A stretch of 64,000 nucleotides of DNA from an uncultured Lachnospiraceae bacterium. Lineage in GTDB: Bacteria; Bacillota; Clostridia; Lachnospirales; Lachnospiraceae. Both the position numbers and the translations under genes were made by a program. The notes beneath the pieces were generated by a model. That model was given only the letters and a program-made list of their open reading frames with translations, was not told the DNA's origin and did not search any database. Below are positions 29,524 to 38,594 of the stretch, piece by piece (the stretch's first letter is position 1; every line of letters starts with the position of its first letter). The stretch spans positions 266 through 64,265 of the forward strand of contig CAJOFN010000001.1 of the NCBI GenBank assembly GCA_905233905.1, read 5' to 3'.

Positions 29524-30959
29524 TACGTGAACCTCCGTGCCTGGCACAATAACACAACCTCATCCGATTCTCTTACAAAAAAAGCCGGACAATCCCGCAC
29601 TCCTACTGCCCAGAAAATATCCCTGCCGCTAAGCACTAAGGGTACATCCTTACGCTGCCTTACCGGAATACCTGCGTCAATGAAGATACGGGAAAGCTTT
29701 TTATGCTCGCCCCTGCCGGATATGACCATACGATCCCCCGGCAGAGGGAATCTTAAACATATATCTGCTATTCTATCATAACTGGTCAGAATATAAAAGA
29801 AATTTTCATCTGCCGGAGCCTCCGGCAGCATATTTTGACGCGTTCTTACTGAAAAAGTAAACTCATAGCCTGCAAATATCAGTTTTTTCTCCTCACCGTG
29901 CAGTGGTTTTTTGCAGCAAATTACCCCCGGGTCGGGCTGTTTATGGTCTTTAGCTTCATCGGCAGCTCTTATAACATCAATATATCCCCCACACTTTTCA
30001 ACAATATATCCGTCAGGAAGCTGGGCATAATGTCCGTGGGGACTTAAAATAAGCTTTTTTACAGCTTCTATACGCTCACTGCTGATGAATGTATCCCTTT
30101 TGACCCTGTCTGCAAGCCACCTGCGCATTATTTCACCAAAAAGCGCAGGATGAACGTTTATCAAGCCGCTGATCTTTAGTCTGTTATTATTATCTGATAA
30201 TTCTGATATTGCCTTATCCGCCTGACGCTCAATGTAATCACTTGTTATCGAGGCAATGGCGGCTAAATTGGCGATATGCTCAACTGCCCCTGGATTTTCC
30301 GCCTTAAGAGCCGGAATTATATTATGCCTTATGCGGTTTCTGGTGTAGGCATCCTCTTCATTGGTATGATCATTGCGCCAGGTCTCCCCCTGCCGACTCA
30401 GCCAGTCTTCAATTTCCGCCCTGCCAACACATAAAAGAGGATGAATAACGTCAATAGTGCCGTTTTCGACAGCTATACGAGCCTTTGGACTTATGCCGCC
30501 CATACCTTTGATCCCGGTGCCCCGTATCATGGAAAGAAGCACTGTTTCGGCAAGGTCATCTCTGTGATGCGCCAGCGCAACCTTGCCCTTGCCGTCAAAC
30601 AGCTTGCGCAGGCACCCGGCATAAGCCCTCTGGCGGACTATTCTGCCGGTTTCTTCGCTCCCTGTCTTCCATTTTGCGGCCAGGGCAGGCACATCCTCAC
30701 TTACTCCGTAATACATAACACCGAAGCGGTCACAGAGCCCACGGACAAAAGCCTCATCCTCATCGGCGAGACTTCCCCTTATACAGTGATTGACATGGAC
30801 TACGGCAAGTCTTAAGTCAAGTTCGGTCTTTAGCCTCATAAGCAACAAAAAAAGGCAGAGTGAATCTGCCCCGCCTGAAACTCCCGCTACTACAGCATCG
30901 CCCTTTTCTAACAATGCCTCTGACGTGATGTATGCTCTGATGGTATCTGTAAAATTCAT
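29523..30959 (-). CDS. tilS: tRNA(Ile)-lysidine synthetase
   Basis: PP-loop AGVSGGADS, 478 aa, synteny with hpt/ftsH. Confidence 0.9.
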   Translation of the reverse strand: MNFTDTIRAYITSEALLEKGDAVVAGVSGGADSLCLFLLLMRLKTELDLRLAVVHVNHCIRGSLADEDEAFVRGLCDRFGVMYYGVSEDVPALAAKWKTGSEETGRIVRQRAYAGCLRKLFDGKGKVALAHHRDDLAETVLLSMIRGTGIKGMGGISPKARIAVENGTIDVIHPLLCVGRAEIEDWLSRQGETWRNDHTNEEDAYTRNRIRHNIIPALKAENPGAVEHIANLAAIASITSDYIERQADKAISELSDNNNRLKISGLINVHPALFGEIMRRWLADRVKRDTFISSERIEAVKKLILSPHGHYAQLPDGYIVEKCGGYIDVIRAADEAKDHKQPDPGVICCKKPLHGEEKKLIFAGYEFTFSVRTRQNMLPEAPADENFFYILTSYDRIADICLRFPLPGDRMVISGRGEHKKLSRIFIDAGIPVRQRKDVPLVLSGRDIFWAVGVRDCPAFFVRESDEVVLLCQARRFT

Positions 30960-31252
30960 CGCTCCCGGAATATTATCTCATTGGGAGAAACCAGCCCCAG
31001 CTTGCTCTTGGCTGTATTCCTGGTGTATTCCTCGGACTTGGTGTACTGCTCGTAGTCAATAAGCTCCTGCTGGCGTTCCTTTTGATCGCGCAGCTCTTCC
31101 TCAAGAGCCTTCTCCCTTGCCATGTACTGCTCACTCTTGTGATGAAGGGATACGAGCTGCATCGCCATAACTACTGACAGAAAACCCACCATCAGCACAA
31201 TATAAAAGCGTCCGCTTCTCCTCTTGTCCTTACTACCGGAAATTTTCTTCAT
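30956..31252 (-). CDS. divIC: septum formation initiator (FtsB/DivIC family)
   Basis: 98 aa with one TM helix followed by a coiled coil (EELRDQKERQQELIDYEQ). Conserved position upstream of tilS. Confidence 0.7.
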   Translation of the reverse strand: MKKISGSKDKRRSGRFYIVLMVGFLSVVMAMQLVSLHHKSEQYMAREKALEEELRDQKERQQELIDYEQYTKSEEYTRNTAKSKLGLVSPNEIIFRER

Positions 31253-31330
31253 AAAATAAAGAGTTCCTCACACACACCACACAATAATCAAAGACATTTT
31301 ACACAAAATACAGTAAAATTGCAAGAATAA

Positions 31331-31570
31331 TCACAATATTTTGTACAATTCTGCGGCTTCGTCCTTCTTTGTCGTCTCTTTTATAGCCGTAACCATCACC
31401 TTTACCACCCTGTCGCCGAAGGTTATCTCGATAACATCTCCCTCTTTGACCTTGGCTGACGGTTTGACTACACTGCCATTCAGCTTAACTCTCTTTGCAT
31501 CACAGGCCTCTGCCGCTATGGTTCTTCGCTTAATAAGCCTTGAAACCTTTAAAAATTTGTCTATTCTCAT
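31331..31570 (-). CDS. S4-domain RNA-binding protein (YabO/Hsp15-like)
   Basis: MRIDKFLKVSRLIKRRTIA S4 motif, 79 aa. Confidence 0.8.
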   Translation of the reverse strand: MRIDKFLKVSRLIKRRTIAAEACDAKRVKLNGSVVKPSAKVKEGDVIEITFGDRVVKVMVTAIKETTKKDEAAELYKIL

Positions 31571-31620
31571 AATATATCGTCACTTTCCTGCATATCCTTT
31601 ATGGGGAAGGTATTTTCACA

Positions 31621-31661
31621 TGAACAAAAAGACTGTAACCTTATATCAGCTACAGTCTTTT
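31621..31661 (-). terminator. intrinsic terminator after hup
   Basis: Minus-strand RNA AAAGACUGUA-13 nt loop-UACAGUCUUU followed by UUGUU, 36 nt after the hup stop. Confidence 0.6.
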
Positions 31662-31696
31662 AAGTCCTTAAACAGTCTTTGCTATCTAAACAAAAA

Positions 31697-31972
31697 TCAG
31701 CCGTTTACAGCATCCTTTAAAGCCTTGCCAGCCTTGAACTTAGGAGCCTTGGAAGCAGGGATCTGCATCTCAGCGCCGGTCTGGGGATTGCGACCTGTAC
31801 GTGCTGCGCGCTCAGAAACCTCAAATGTACCAAAGCCTACGAGCTGGATCTTGTTGCCCTTTGTCAATTCCTGAGTAACTACTTCGATGAATGACTTAAG
31901 CGCACTCTCAGAGTCCTTTCTTGAAAGACCGGACAGATCCGCCATTGCTGCTACTAATTCTGATTTGTTCAT
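31697..31972 (-). CDS. hup: DNA-binding protein HU
   Basis: MNKSELV...GFGTFEVSERAARTGRNPQTG...IPASKAPKFKAGKALKDAV is a canonical HU sequence, 91 aa. Confidence 0.95.
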   Translation of the reverse strand: MNKSELVAAMADLSGLSRKDSESALKSFIEVVTQELTKGNKIQLVGFGTFEVSERAARTGRNPQTGAEMQIPASKAPKFKAGKALKDAVNG

Positions 31973-32080
31973 AATCCTTATCTCCTCCTCTGGAATGATT
32001 TATTATAATGTGTTGTTTAACAACCATAGGTAGTTATAAAGGTTTTTGGCTTATATGTCAAGCAAATATCCGCATTTTAG

Positions 32081-32108
32081 GCGTTTTCGGGGCGAAAAAC
32101 GCTTTTTT
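32081..32108 (+). terminator. GC-rich hairpin plus T6, terminator-like on the plus strand (orientation puzzle)
   Basis: GCGTTTTCG-GGG-CG(A)AAAACGC followed by TTTTTT when read on the plus strand. On the minus strand, where both flanking genes lie, the stem is followed by CUAAAAU only. Confidence 0.4.
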
Positions 32109-32143
32109 AGTGATGAAACTTGATAATTTTTACCATATCAGCC

Positions 32144-33691
32144 TCAATCCCCATCTGTAAGCTGGGTTATCATATTGGACAGCGTATCCAGATAATCCAA
32201 CTCCTGCTGCCTTGCATCCTCTGTGGAAGAGTTTACGGAATCTGTGGTACCGTTGCTCGTTCCGGAACGGATGTTGTCGCTGTCATCATCCTCGTCATCC
32301 TCATCATCGCTTCTGCCGTAATCATTGCCGCTGTAGCTGCTGCTGCGCTGCGTGGCGCTGTTGATAGAGGAATCATCACCGCTGCTGTTACTGCCGGAGG
32401 ACGTCCTGTTTCCCGAAGAAGAGCTGCCGCCTGAGGAACCCAGGTTGCTGCCTGAGGATGAGCTGCTGTTGCCCGACGACGACCTGCTGCCCGATGAACC
32501 GGTATTGCTGTTACTGCTGTTATTAGTATTATTGCTATTATTGGTATTGGTGCTGCTGTTTGAGCTGTTCTTGCTGCTCTGATTGCCTGTATTGTTTGAG
32601 TTTAAGCTGTCCGCAGACTTTGACTCATCCTTGTTGTAATCCTTCGGATCAAGTGATATTGATGACTTGGGAGAATTTACAAGGAGCGTTTTCTGCCATG
32701 TCTCGTAATCCGGAACTGAAACCTTAAGCTTATGCTGTCCGTAATCAATCTCTATGCGCTTGTTGCAGGGAACCTTTTTACCGTCCAGCCTGACCTTGAC
32801 ACCGTCTATGGATGTCTTGAATATGATCCTGCACTTTTTGGGACCTTCACCCTTTAAGGAGTTTAAGTCTATCGTAACAGTATCATTCTTTTTCACCTTT
32901 ACCTTGGTTGAACCGCCGTAGCCGTTCTTTGCCACGGTAATCTTGTAGCTGCCCGCTGAAACAGGGATCACAGTATCCTTGGTGATCAGAGTGTATATAT
33001 CCTTTCCGATGGATATCATGCTGTTTTTAAAGAAACCCGTATTGATAAGGGCAATATAGCCGTGACCTGTGGTTACGGAAACGGAAAGCACCTCCTTGCC
33101 TATGCCTGATACGCGGATATGGTCTTCCTCCGTGACATCATTCATGGTGACGGTAAGATCACCCGAAAAAACATTGACACTTGGCCTCATCCTGTATTTT
33201 GTGTTGCCTATCACAAAAATCTCCCTGTCCCTGTCATAGGAGAAATTGGTCAGATCCTCCACAACCCATGCGTCTTTGTCCAGGGAAATGGTAGAAAGCA
33301 CATTGTTGACTGCCTTGCCGATCTCCACTATACTTCCGGGAACAAAATCCGTCTGGGAAGTGCGGTTGCCCCATTTATCCAAAAACTGTGTGGACAGGCC
33401 GTAGGCAAAACGGTAGCGCCTGCCGGTGGAAAGGCTCTTTAGGATGATCCTTTCCTCCCTTGTGCTTATCTCTTCCACCAGATAGGTATCACTTATAAGC
33501 TCCTCTTCCTCCCTGGTAAGGAGCTGCTCGTCTGTAACTTCTTCGTCCTCAGGCTCAACCGCGGTCTTATCCTCCGTATTACTGCTGCTTTTTGAAGAAT
33601 TGTTTGACACACTGCCGCCTGAAGAACAGCCCGTAACAACCATGACAAAGATCAGGATATATGCTAAAAACGAAAATCTCTTACACTTCAT
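32144..33691 (-). CDS. lipoprotein with PEGA-like beta-domains and a long Ser/Asn/Gly-rich tail
   Basis: Lipobox VVTGC at the N-terminus. PEGA-like strands (GSYKITVAKNGY, HKLKVSVPDYETW). About 110 aa of S/N/G low complexity, followed by an acidic run. Confidence 0.65.
   Translation of the reverse strand: MKCKRFSFLAYILIFVMVVTGCSSGGSVSNNSSKSSSNTEDKTAVEPEDEEVTDEQLLTREEEELISDTYLVEEISTREERIILKSLSTGRRYRFAYGLSTQFLDKWGNRTSQTDFVPGSIVEIGKAVNNVLSTISLDKDAWVVEDLTNFSYDRDREIFVIGNTKYRMRPSVNVFSGDLTVTMNDVTEEDHIRVSGIGKEVLSVSVTTGHGYIALINTGFFKNSMISIGKDIYTLITKDTVIPVSAGSYKITVAKNGYGGSTKVKVKKNDTVTIDLNSLKGEGPKKCRIIFKTSIDGVKVRLDGKKVPCNKRIEIDYGQHKLKVSVPDYETWQKTLLVNSPKSSISLDPKDYNKDESKSADSLNSNNTGNQSSKNSSNSSTNTNNSNNTNNSSNSNTGSSGSRSSSGNSSSSSGSNLGSSGGSSSSGNRTSSGSNSSGDDSSINSATQRSSSYSGNDYGRSDDEDDEDDDSDNIRSGTSNGTTDSVNSSTEDARQQELDYLDTLSNMITQLTDGD
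32276..32608 (-). repeat. imperfect trinucleotide low-complexity tract encoding the S/N/G-rich and D/E-rich tail
   Basis: Runs of GCT/GTT/ATT/GCC triplets on the plus strand. These produce the artefactual poly-Leu ORF 32352..32582 on the opposite strand. Confidence 0.7.
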
Positions 33692-35019
33692 GCAATAAGC
33701 TCTCCTACGCGCTGCAGCAGGCGTTCTCTGGTATTCATATCAGGATCGTCCACCGTCTCCATCAACAGCAGCCCCAACAGCCTTCCTATCTCGGGGCCTC
33801 TATCTATCCCAAGCTCAATAATATCCCGTCCCGTAATGGCAAGCTGTGAGATTTCAAGGCAATCCCCGCAGTTTTTACTCTCCTTGTAGAATTCTTCAAG
33901 CTGATCAACGGCTTTTAGCTTATCCTCTCTCATATAGTCACTCTGAGCCGCTATATCAGCGCGCTTTAACTCAAAAAGCCCTTCCATGTCACCGGCGAAT
34001 CTTGCCGCAAGCCTTCTGGCGTTGACAGAAGATGGTATAAGCCTCTCGTCGTGGAAACGTACCAGTCTTGAAACCTTCGCTATGGTAGCGTTATCTAATT
34101 TAAGGCGCTTCATGATATCTATGGACAAATTCTCACCGGCAACAGGATGTCCCGTAAAATGATCCCTGCCCTTGTGGTCGGTCTTTCTCGAAAGGGGCTT
34201 TGCTATATCGTGCAAAAGCCCCGCCAGACGAAGAATGTCATCCGCTGGGAGCGCCTCAAGCACTGCTAAGGTATGATGCCCCACATCGGTATAGTGATGG
34301 GGGGTATTCTGCTCGGTGGCAAACATTCTGTCAAGCTCGGGAAAAAACACAGAAGACAGACCGCTTTCATATACTAAAAGCAGTCTGTCCGGATGGTCTG
34401 AGGTGATAAGCTTTAACAGCTCATCCCTTATTCTCTCTGCGGAAACCTTGCTGATGGTGCCGCAAAGCTTCTTTATCGCGGCATAGGTATCGGGGGCTAT
34501 ATCAAAACCCAGCCTTGCCGAAAAACGGATAGCCCTTAACATCCTTAAGGCATCCTCGCCAAAACGGCTCTCAGGCTCTCCGACGCAGCGTATTATGCCT
34601 TTTTTCAGGTCATCCATGCCGCCAAAGAGATCCACAAGCCCTCTATTACCGTGGAAGGCCATTGCATTGATCGTAAAATCCCTGCGTTTTAAGTCCTCGG
34701 CAAGCTCCGCGGTATAGGTAACGCTGTCAGGATGCCTGCCGTCAGAATAATCCCCGTCAATACGGTATGTGGTCACCTCGTAGGAGCCTCCGTACATACG
34801 GACTGTGACCGTACCGTGGGCTATGCCCGTATCTATCGTCCTGTTGAATATCCTTTTAACGTCAGCAGGAGAGGCGCTTGTGGTAATATCCCAGTCCAGG
34901 GGAGTCTCTCCCAAAAGGCAGTCCCTTACGCACCCTCCTACTGCATAGGCTTCAAAGCCCTTTTCCTCCAGCAGTTCTATTATACGGGTCACCGCGCGTG
35001 GTAATACCAGCTCGGGCAT
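33688..35019 (-). CDS. cca: CCA-adding tRNA nucleotidyltransferase with HD domain
   Basis: GGCVRDCLLG nucleotidyltransferase motif and a C-terminal HD region (LLHDIAKP). The start at MPELVLP is 1 nt after the proS stop. Confidence 0.85.
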   Translation of the reverse strand: MPELVLPRAVTRIIELLEEKGFEAYAVGGCVRDCLLGETPLDWDITTSASPADVKRIFNRTIDTGIAHGTVTVRMYGGSYEVTTYRIDGDYSDGRHPDSVTYTAELAEDLKRRDFTINAMAFHGNRGLVDLFGGMDDLKKGIIRCVGEPESRFGEDALRMLRAIRFSARLGFDIAPDTYAAIKKLCGTISKVSAERIRDELLKLITSDHPDRLLLVYESGLSSVFFPELDRMFATEQNTPHHYTDVGHHTLAVLEALPADDILRLAGLLHDIAKPLSRKTDHKGRDHFTGHPVAGENLSIDIMKRLKLDNATIAKVSRLVRFHDERLIPSSVNARRLAARFAGDMEGLFELKRADIAAQSDYMREDKLKAVDQLEEFYKESKNCGDCLEISQLAITGRDIIELGIDRGPEIGRLLGLLLMETVDDPDMNTRERLLQRVGELIA

Positions 35020-35020
35020 A

Positions 35021-36457
35021 TCAGTATGCCTTGCCCCATAACACAAGCTTTTTGGCGGGCTTGCCACAGCATATGCAGCTTTCTGCTATACGCTCCTGCT
35101 CAAAGGGCATGCATCGGCTTGTGGCAGTGGTATCTTCTTTTATGGTGTTCTCACATTCCTCATTTCCGCACCACATTGCCCTTACAAAGCCGGGCTTGTT
35201 CTCTATTGTGGCTTTGAACTCTTCATAATCATATGCGTCATAGATGTGCGTATTAAGGAATTCTCTTGCCCTCTCAAGCATATCATGCTGGATCTGAACT
35301 AAAAGCTCCTTTGCCTTGTCTGCTGCCCCATCTATTGAAACCGGAATCTTTTCCCTGGTGTCACGGCGTACAAGCACACACTGTCCTGCCGCCAGATCCT
35401 TGGGACCAAGCTCAGCCCTTAATGGTATGCCCCGTATCTCGGATTCCGCAAACTTCCATCCCGGGCTCTTGTCAGAGTCCTCAAGGACACTCTTCACCCC
35501 GGCATCACAGAAGGAGTCATAGAGCTTCTGACAGCCCTCCATAACGCCTTCCTTGCGCTGTCCTATGGGAACCACCATAAGCTGCACCGGAGCTATGCGC
35601 GGAGGAAGCACTAATCCTGAATCATCCCCGTGAACCATTATAAGAGCGCCGATAAGTCTCGTGGACATGCCCCATGAGGTCTGGTAAACATAGCAGAGCT
35701 CATTATTCTTGTCGGAATAAGTAATATCAAAGGCTCTGGCGAAGCCGTCACCGAAATTGTGCGACGTGCCGGACTGAAGCGCCTTTCCGTCGTGCATCAT
35801 GGCTTCTATAGTATATGTCGATTCCGCGCCTGCGAATTTTTCTTTGTCTGTCTTTTTCCCCTTTATCATAGGGATCGCAAGCTCCTGTTCGCAGAAATCC
35901 GCGTACAGATTAAGCATCATGATCGTGCGCTCCTCGGCATCCTCCGCCGTAGCATGGGCTGTATGCCCCTCCTGCCACAGAAATTCGGATGAGCGCAGGA
36001 AAGGACGGGTAGTCTTTTCCCAGCGGACCACGGAGCACCATTGATTGTACAGCTTGGGCAGATCCCTGTAGGAATGGATAATGTTTGAATAAAGATCACA
36101 GAACAGGGTCTCTGAGGTAGGTCTTACCGCAAGTCTTTCCACAAGCTCATCATTGCCCCCGTATGTGACCCACGCTGCTTCCGGCGCAAAGCCTTCAACA
36201 TGATCCTTTTCTTTTTGAAGGAGGCTTTCGGGAATAAACATGGGCAGATATACATTCTCCACCCCTGTCTCTTTAAATCTCGCATCAAGGGACTTTTGGA
36301 TATTTTCCCATATGGCATAACCGCGGGGCTTGAAAATCATACAGCCTTTTATGGATGAATAGTCCATAAGCTGGGCCTTTTTAACCACATCCGTATACCA
36401 CTGAGCAAAATCCACCTCTCTTGACGTGATCTCCTCAACCAGCTTCTTGTCCACCAT
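35021..36457 (-). CDS. proS: proline--tRNA ligase (archaeal/eukaryote-like short form)
   Basis: About 478 aa beginning [21 protein letters not shown], with class II motifs and a C-terminal zinc-binding CxxC...CxxC. Confidence 0.9.
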   Translation of the reverse strand: MVDKKLVEEITSREVDFAQWYTDVVKKAQLMDYSSIKGCMIFKPRGYAIWENIQKSLDARFKETGVENVYLPMFIPESLLQKEKDHVEGFAPEAAWVTYGGNDELVERLAVRPTSETLFCDLYSNIIHSYRDLPKLYNQWCSVVRWEKTTRPFLRSSEFLWQEGHTAHATAEDAEERTIMMLNLYADFCEQELAIPMIKGKKTDKEKFAGAESTYTIEAMMHDGKALQSGTSHNFGDGFARAFDITYSDKNNELCYVYQTSWGMSTRLIGALIMVHGDDSGLVLPPRIAPVQLMVVPIGQRKEGVMEGCQKLYDSFCDAGVKSVLEDSDKSPGWKFAESEIRGIPLRAELGPKDLAAGQCVLVRRDTREKIPVSIDGAADKAKELLVQIQHDMLERAREFLNTHIYDAYDYEEFKATIENKPGFVRAMWCGNEECENTIKEDTTATSRCMPFEQERIAESCICCGKPAKKLVLWGKAY

Positions 36458-36488
36458 TGTTCCACCAATCCTTTCTTCTGAACAGCTT

Positions 36489-37181
36489 CTAAACCTTAAA
36501 TCTGTAGCCGACACCCCATACCGTTTCTATGAACTGGGGTTTGCCGGGATTTGCCTCGATCTTTTCTCTTATCTTTTTGATATGGACTGCCACGGTAGCT
36601 ATATCTCCAACGCCGCTGTCCCATACCTTGCCAAATAATTCCTCTTTGGAAAAAACCTGGTTGGGATGCTCCATCAGAAACAGCAGCAGCTCGTATTCCT
36701 TGGTAGTAAGCATCTTTTCCGTGTCATCCACCCATACACGGTGCATTGCCAGATTGACCCTTAAATTCCTGACTAAAAGCTCATCCGCTCCTTCATCCTG
36801 TGGGATGGTGCTTACAAGCCTCTGGTATCTGGCAAAATGCGCCTTGACCCTTGCCACCAGCTCACCCGGTGAAAAGGGCTTGGTGATGTAGTCATCGGCT
36901 CCGATGCCCAATGCCCGTATCTTGTCTATGTCCTCCTTGCGCGCTGATACCATAAGGATGGGGGCATTGCTTATCTTGCGAAGCTCTCCGCAAAGCTCAA
37001 TACCGTCCATTCCCGGAACCATGATGTCAAGGATGTACATATCAAAATCATGGAGCTTTCCAAGCTCAAGGGCGTCTTTGCCGTTTTTCACTGTGGTAAC
37101 TTCAAAATCAGACAGCTCCAGATAGTCCCTTTCCAACTCTGCGATTGCTTCTTCGTCTTCTACGATCAGTATCCTGCTCAC
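36489..37181 (-). CDS. OmpR-family response regulator
   Basis: REC domain (ILIVEDEE...[14 protein letters not shown]) plus a winged-helix C-terminus ([11 protein letters not shown]). GTG start preceded by AGGAGG. Confidence 0.9.
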   Translation of the reverse strand: MSRILIVEDEEAIAELERDYLELSDFEVTTVKNGKDALELGKLHDFDMYILDIMVPGMDGIELCGELRKISNAPILMVSARKEDIDKIRALGIGADDYITKPFSPGELVARVKAHFARYQRLVSTIPQDEGADELLVRNLRVNLAMHRVWVDDTEKMLTTKEYELLLFLMEHPNQVFSKEELFGKVWDSGVGDIATVAVHIKKIREKIEANPGKPQFIETVWGVGYRFKV

Positions 37182-38280
37182 TCTTTTCCTCCTGCGGCAC
37201 CAGCTTTTTCATGGTAAATGAAACCGTAGTGCCTTCTCCCGGGGGCGAAAGCACCTTGACCGTGCCGTCATGATCTTCTATTATCTTCTTTACTATTGAA
37301 AGTCCTATCCCGCTGCCCCCCGCGGATGTCCTTGAGGCATCTCCCCTGTAGAGGCGCTCAAAAACATGAGGCAGATCCTTCGGATCTATGCCAATTCCGT
37401 TGTCCTTGATCTCAATATGTATGATGCCGCCCTCTGACCAGACTCCAAGTGCAATGGCAAGGTCATCCTTGCCCGCGTATTTGATGGAATTATCCACACA
37501 GTTACGGAACACCCTTCCTATCCGGATCTTGTCCGCAACAAAGAAAGCGTCCTCCTCCACATAGTTGTAGTAGACAAATCTGGCATTCTGATTGTCAAGA
37601 TCAAGCTTAAGCTCCCTGGCAAGCTCTGAGAAATACTCACGAACGTTGAGCCTGCTGAAGCTGTAAGGGATGCGGTTGGTCTCAAGGTTGGAATATGCTG
37701 TAAGCTCATCTAAAAGCGCATCCATCTCATTTGCCTTGTTCAGTATGGTCGTCACATAGGAAAGCTGCTTCTCGGGAGTCTTTGCCACTCCGTCAATGAT
37801 CCCCTCAGAATAGCCCCTTATGGCTGTAAGGGGGGTCTTTAAGTCATGGGCAATATTGGATACAAGCTGCCTCTGGTTGCGCTCCGCTTCAAGCCTGGCT
37901 ACAGCGTCCTCCTTAAGCCGGATACGCATCTGCTCGAAGGAATAACCAAGCTCTGAGATCTCATCATTGCCCTTTATCTCCATTGAAAAATCAAGCTCTC
38001 CCTCACGGATCTTCTCCGCTCCGGCAACAAGCATTGAAACCTTGCGGACTATCCCATGATAGGTCCACATGATAAGAAGGGCCGCCAGCGCCATCATTAT
38101 CATTATACCCGACACAAAAATATCCGTGATGCGTTCCCTTACTATTGCCGGAGAAGCACCTTCCGGTATATTGACACCACCGCCCAGCGGGATAATGTCG
38201 AATAAAAGACCGCCATACAGCAGCAGCGGCACAATGATTATGATCATAAAGGATATGACCATTCTGTAACGAAGCTTCAT
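37108..38280 (-). CDS. sensor histidine kinase (2 TM, short external loop, HAMP-HisKA-HATPase)
   Basis: H-box SNIAHDLKTPLT and the N/G boxes DNSIKY, DNGIGI, GSGIGL. The 3' end overlaps the response-regulator gene by 74 nt. Confidence 0.85.
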   Translation of the reverse strand: MKLRYRMVISFMIIIIVPLLLYGGLLFDIIPLGGGVNIPEGASPAIVRERITDIFVSGIMIMMALAALLIMWTYHGIVRKVSMLVAGAEKIREGELDFSMEIKGNDEISELGYSFEQMRIRLKEDAVARLEAERNQRQLVSNIAHDLKTPLTAIRGYSEGIIDGVAKTPEKQLSYVTTILNKANEMDALLDELTAYSNLETNRIPYSFSRLNVREYFSELARELKLDLDNQNARFVYYNYVEEDAFFVADKIRIGRVFRNCVDNSIKYAGKDDLAIALGVWSEGGIIHIEIKDNGIGIDPKDLPHVFERLYRGDASRTSAGGSGIGLSIVKKIIEDHDGTVKVLSPPGEGTTVSFTMKKLVPQEEKSEQDTDRRRRRSNRRVGKGLSGAV

Positions 38281-38318
38281 TCGCGCTCCTTGTGGCTGCA
38301 GTTACACAACATCGTACT

Positions 38319-38347
38319 ATTATACTTTAAATCAGAAAACTATTCAA
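38319..38347 (-). promoter_or_regulatory. sigma-A promoter TTGAAT-N17-TATAAT for the two-component system
   Basis: -35 at 38342-38347 and -10 at 38319-38324 on the minus strand, about 40 nt upstream of the kinase ATG. Confidence 0.5.
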
Positions 38348-38349
38348 TG

Positions 38350-38433
38350 TTAATAAGCAAGGATGGTAAGGACCGCTGTAACAGTCCCTAAAAACAAGGC
38401 TATACAGCCCATTACAAATGATAAATGCTGCAT
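38350..38433 (-). CDS. 27-aa hydrophobic peptide (MQHLSFVMGCIALFLGTVTAVLTILAY)
   Basis: Below the ORF-track cutoff. Strong RBS GAAGGAG-N5-ATG. A single TM-like helix. Last ORF of the Tad-like operon. Confidence 0.4.
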   Translation of the reverse strand: MQHLSFVMGCIALFLGTVTAVLTILAY

Positions 38434-38444
38434 ATGCGCTCCTT

Positions 38445-38594
38445 CTATCCGATAATCTGTGACATAGCCTCTGATAAGGCCTCGGAAAACAATGACGAGC
38501 TGCCAAGGAACAGACAGGCAAAAATCCCTGCAACTGAAATAGCGGAGGCTGCTGCCAGAAACGCCCCTCCGTACTCACGCAAAATATCCTTCAT
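38445..38594 (-). CDS. 49-aa leaderless Flp-like peptide (MKDILREYGGAFLAAASAISVAGIFACLFLG...)
   Basis: Below the ORF-track cutoff. RBS GGGAG-N7-ATG, and the ATG overlaps the upstream stop (ATGA). The N-terminus is paralogous to the 65-aa ORF at 41582..41779. Confidence 0.55.
   Translation of the reverse strand: MKDILREYGGAFLAAASAISVAGIFACLFLGSSSLFSEALSEAMSQIIG

Noticed and set aside
32352-32582. A plus-strand ORF encoding a poly-Leu/Glu/Pro protein.
   Set aside because: It is the mirror image of the Ser/Asn/Gly triplet tract of the minus-strand lipoprotein gene.
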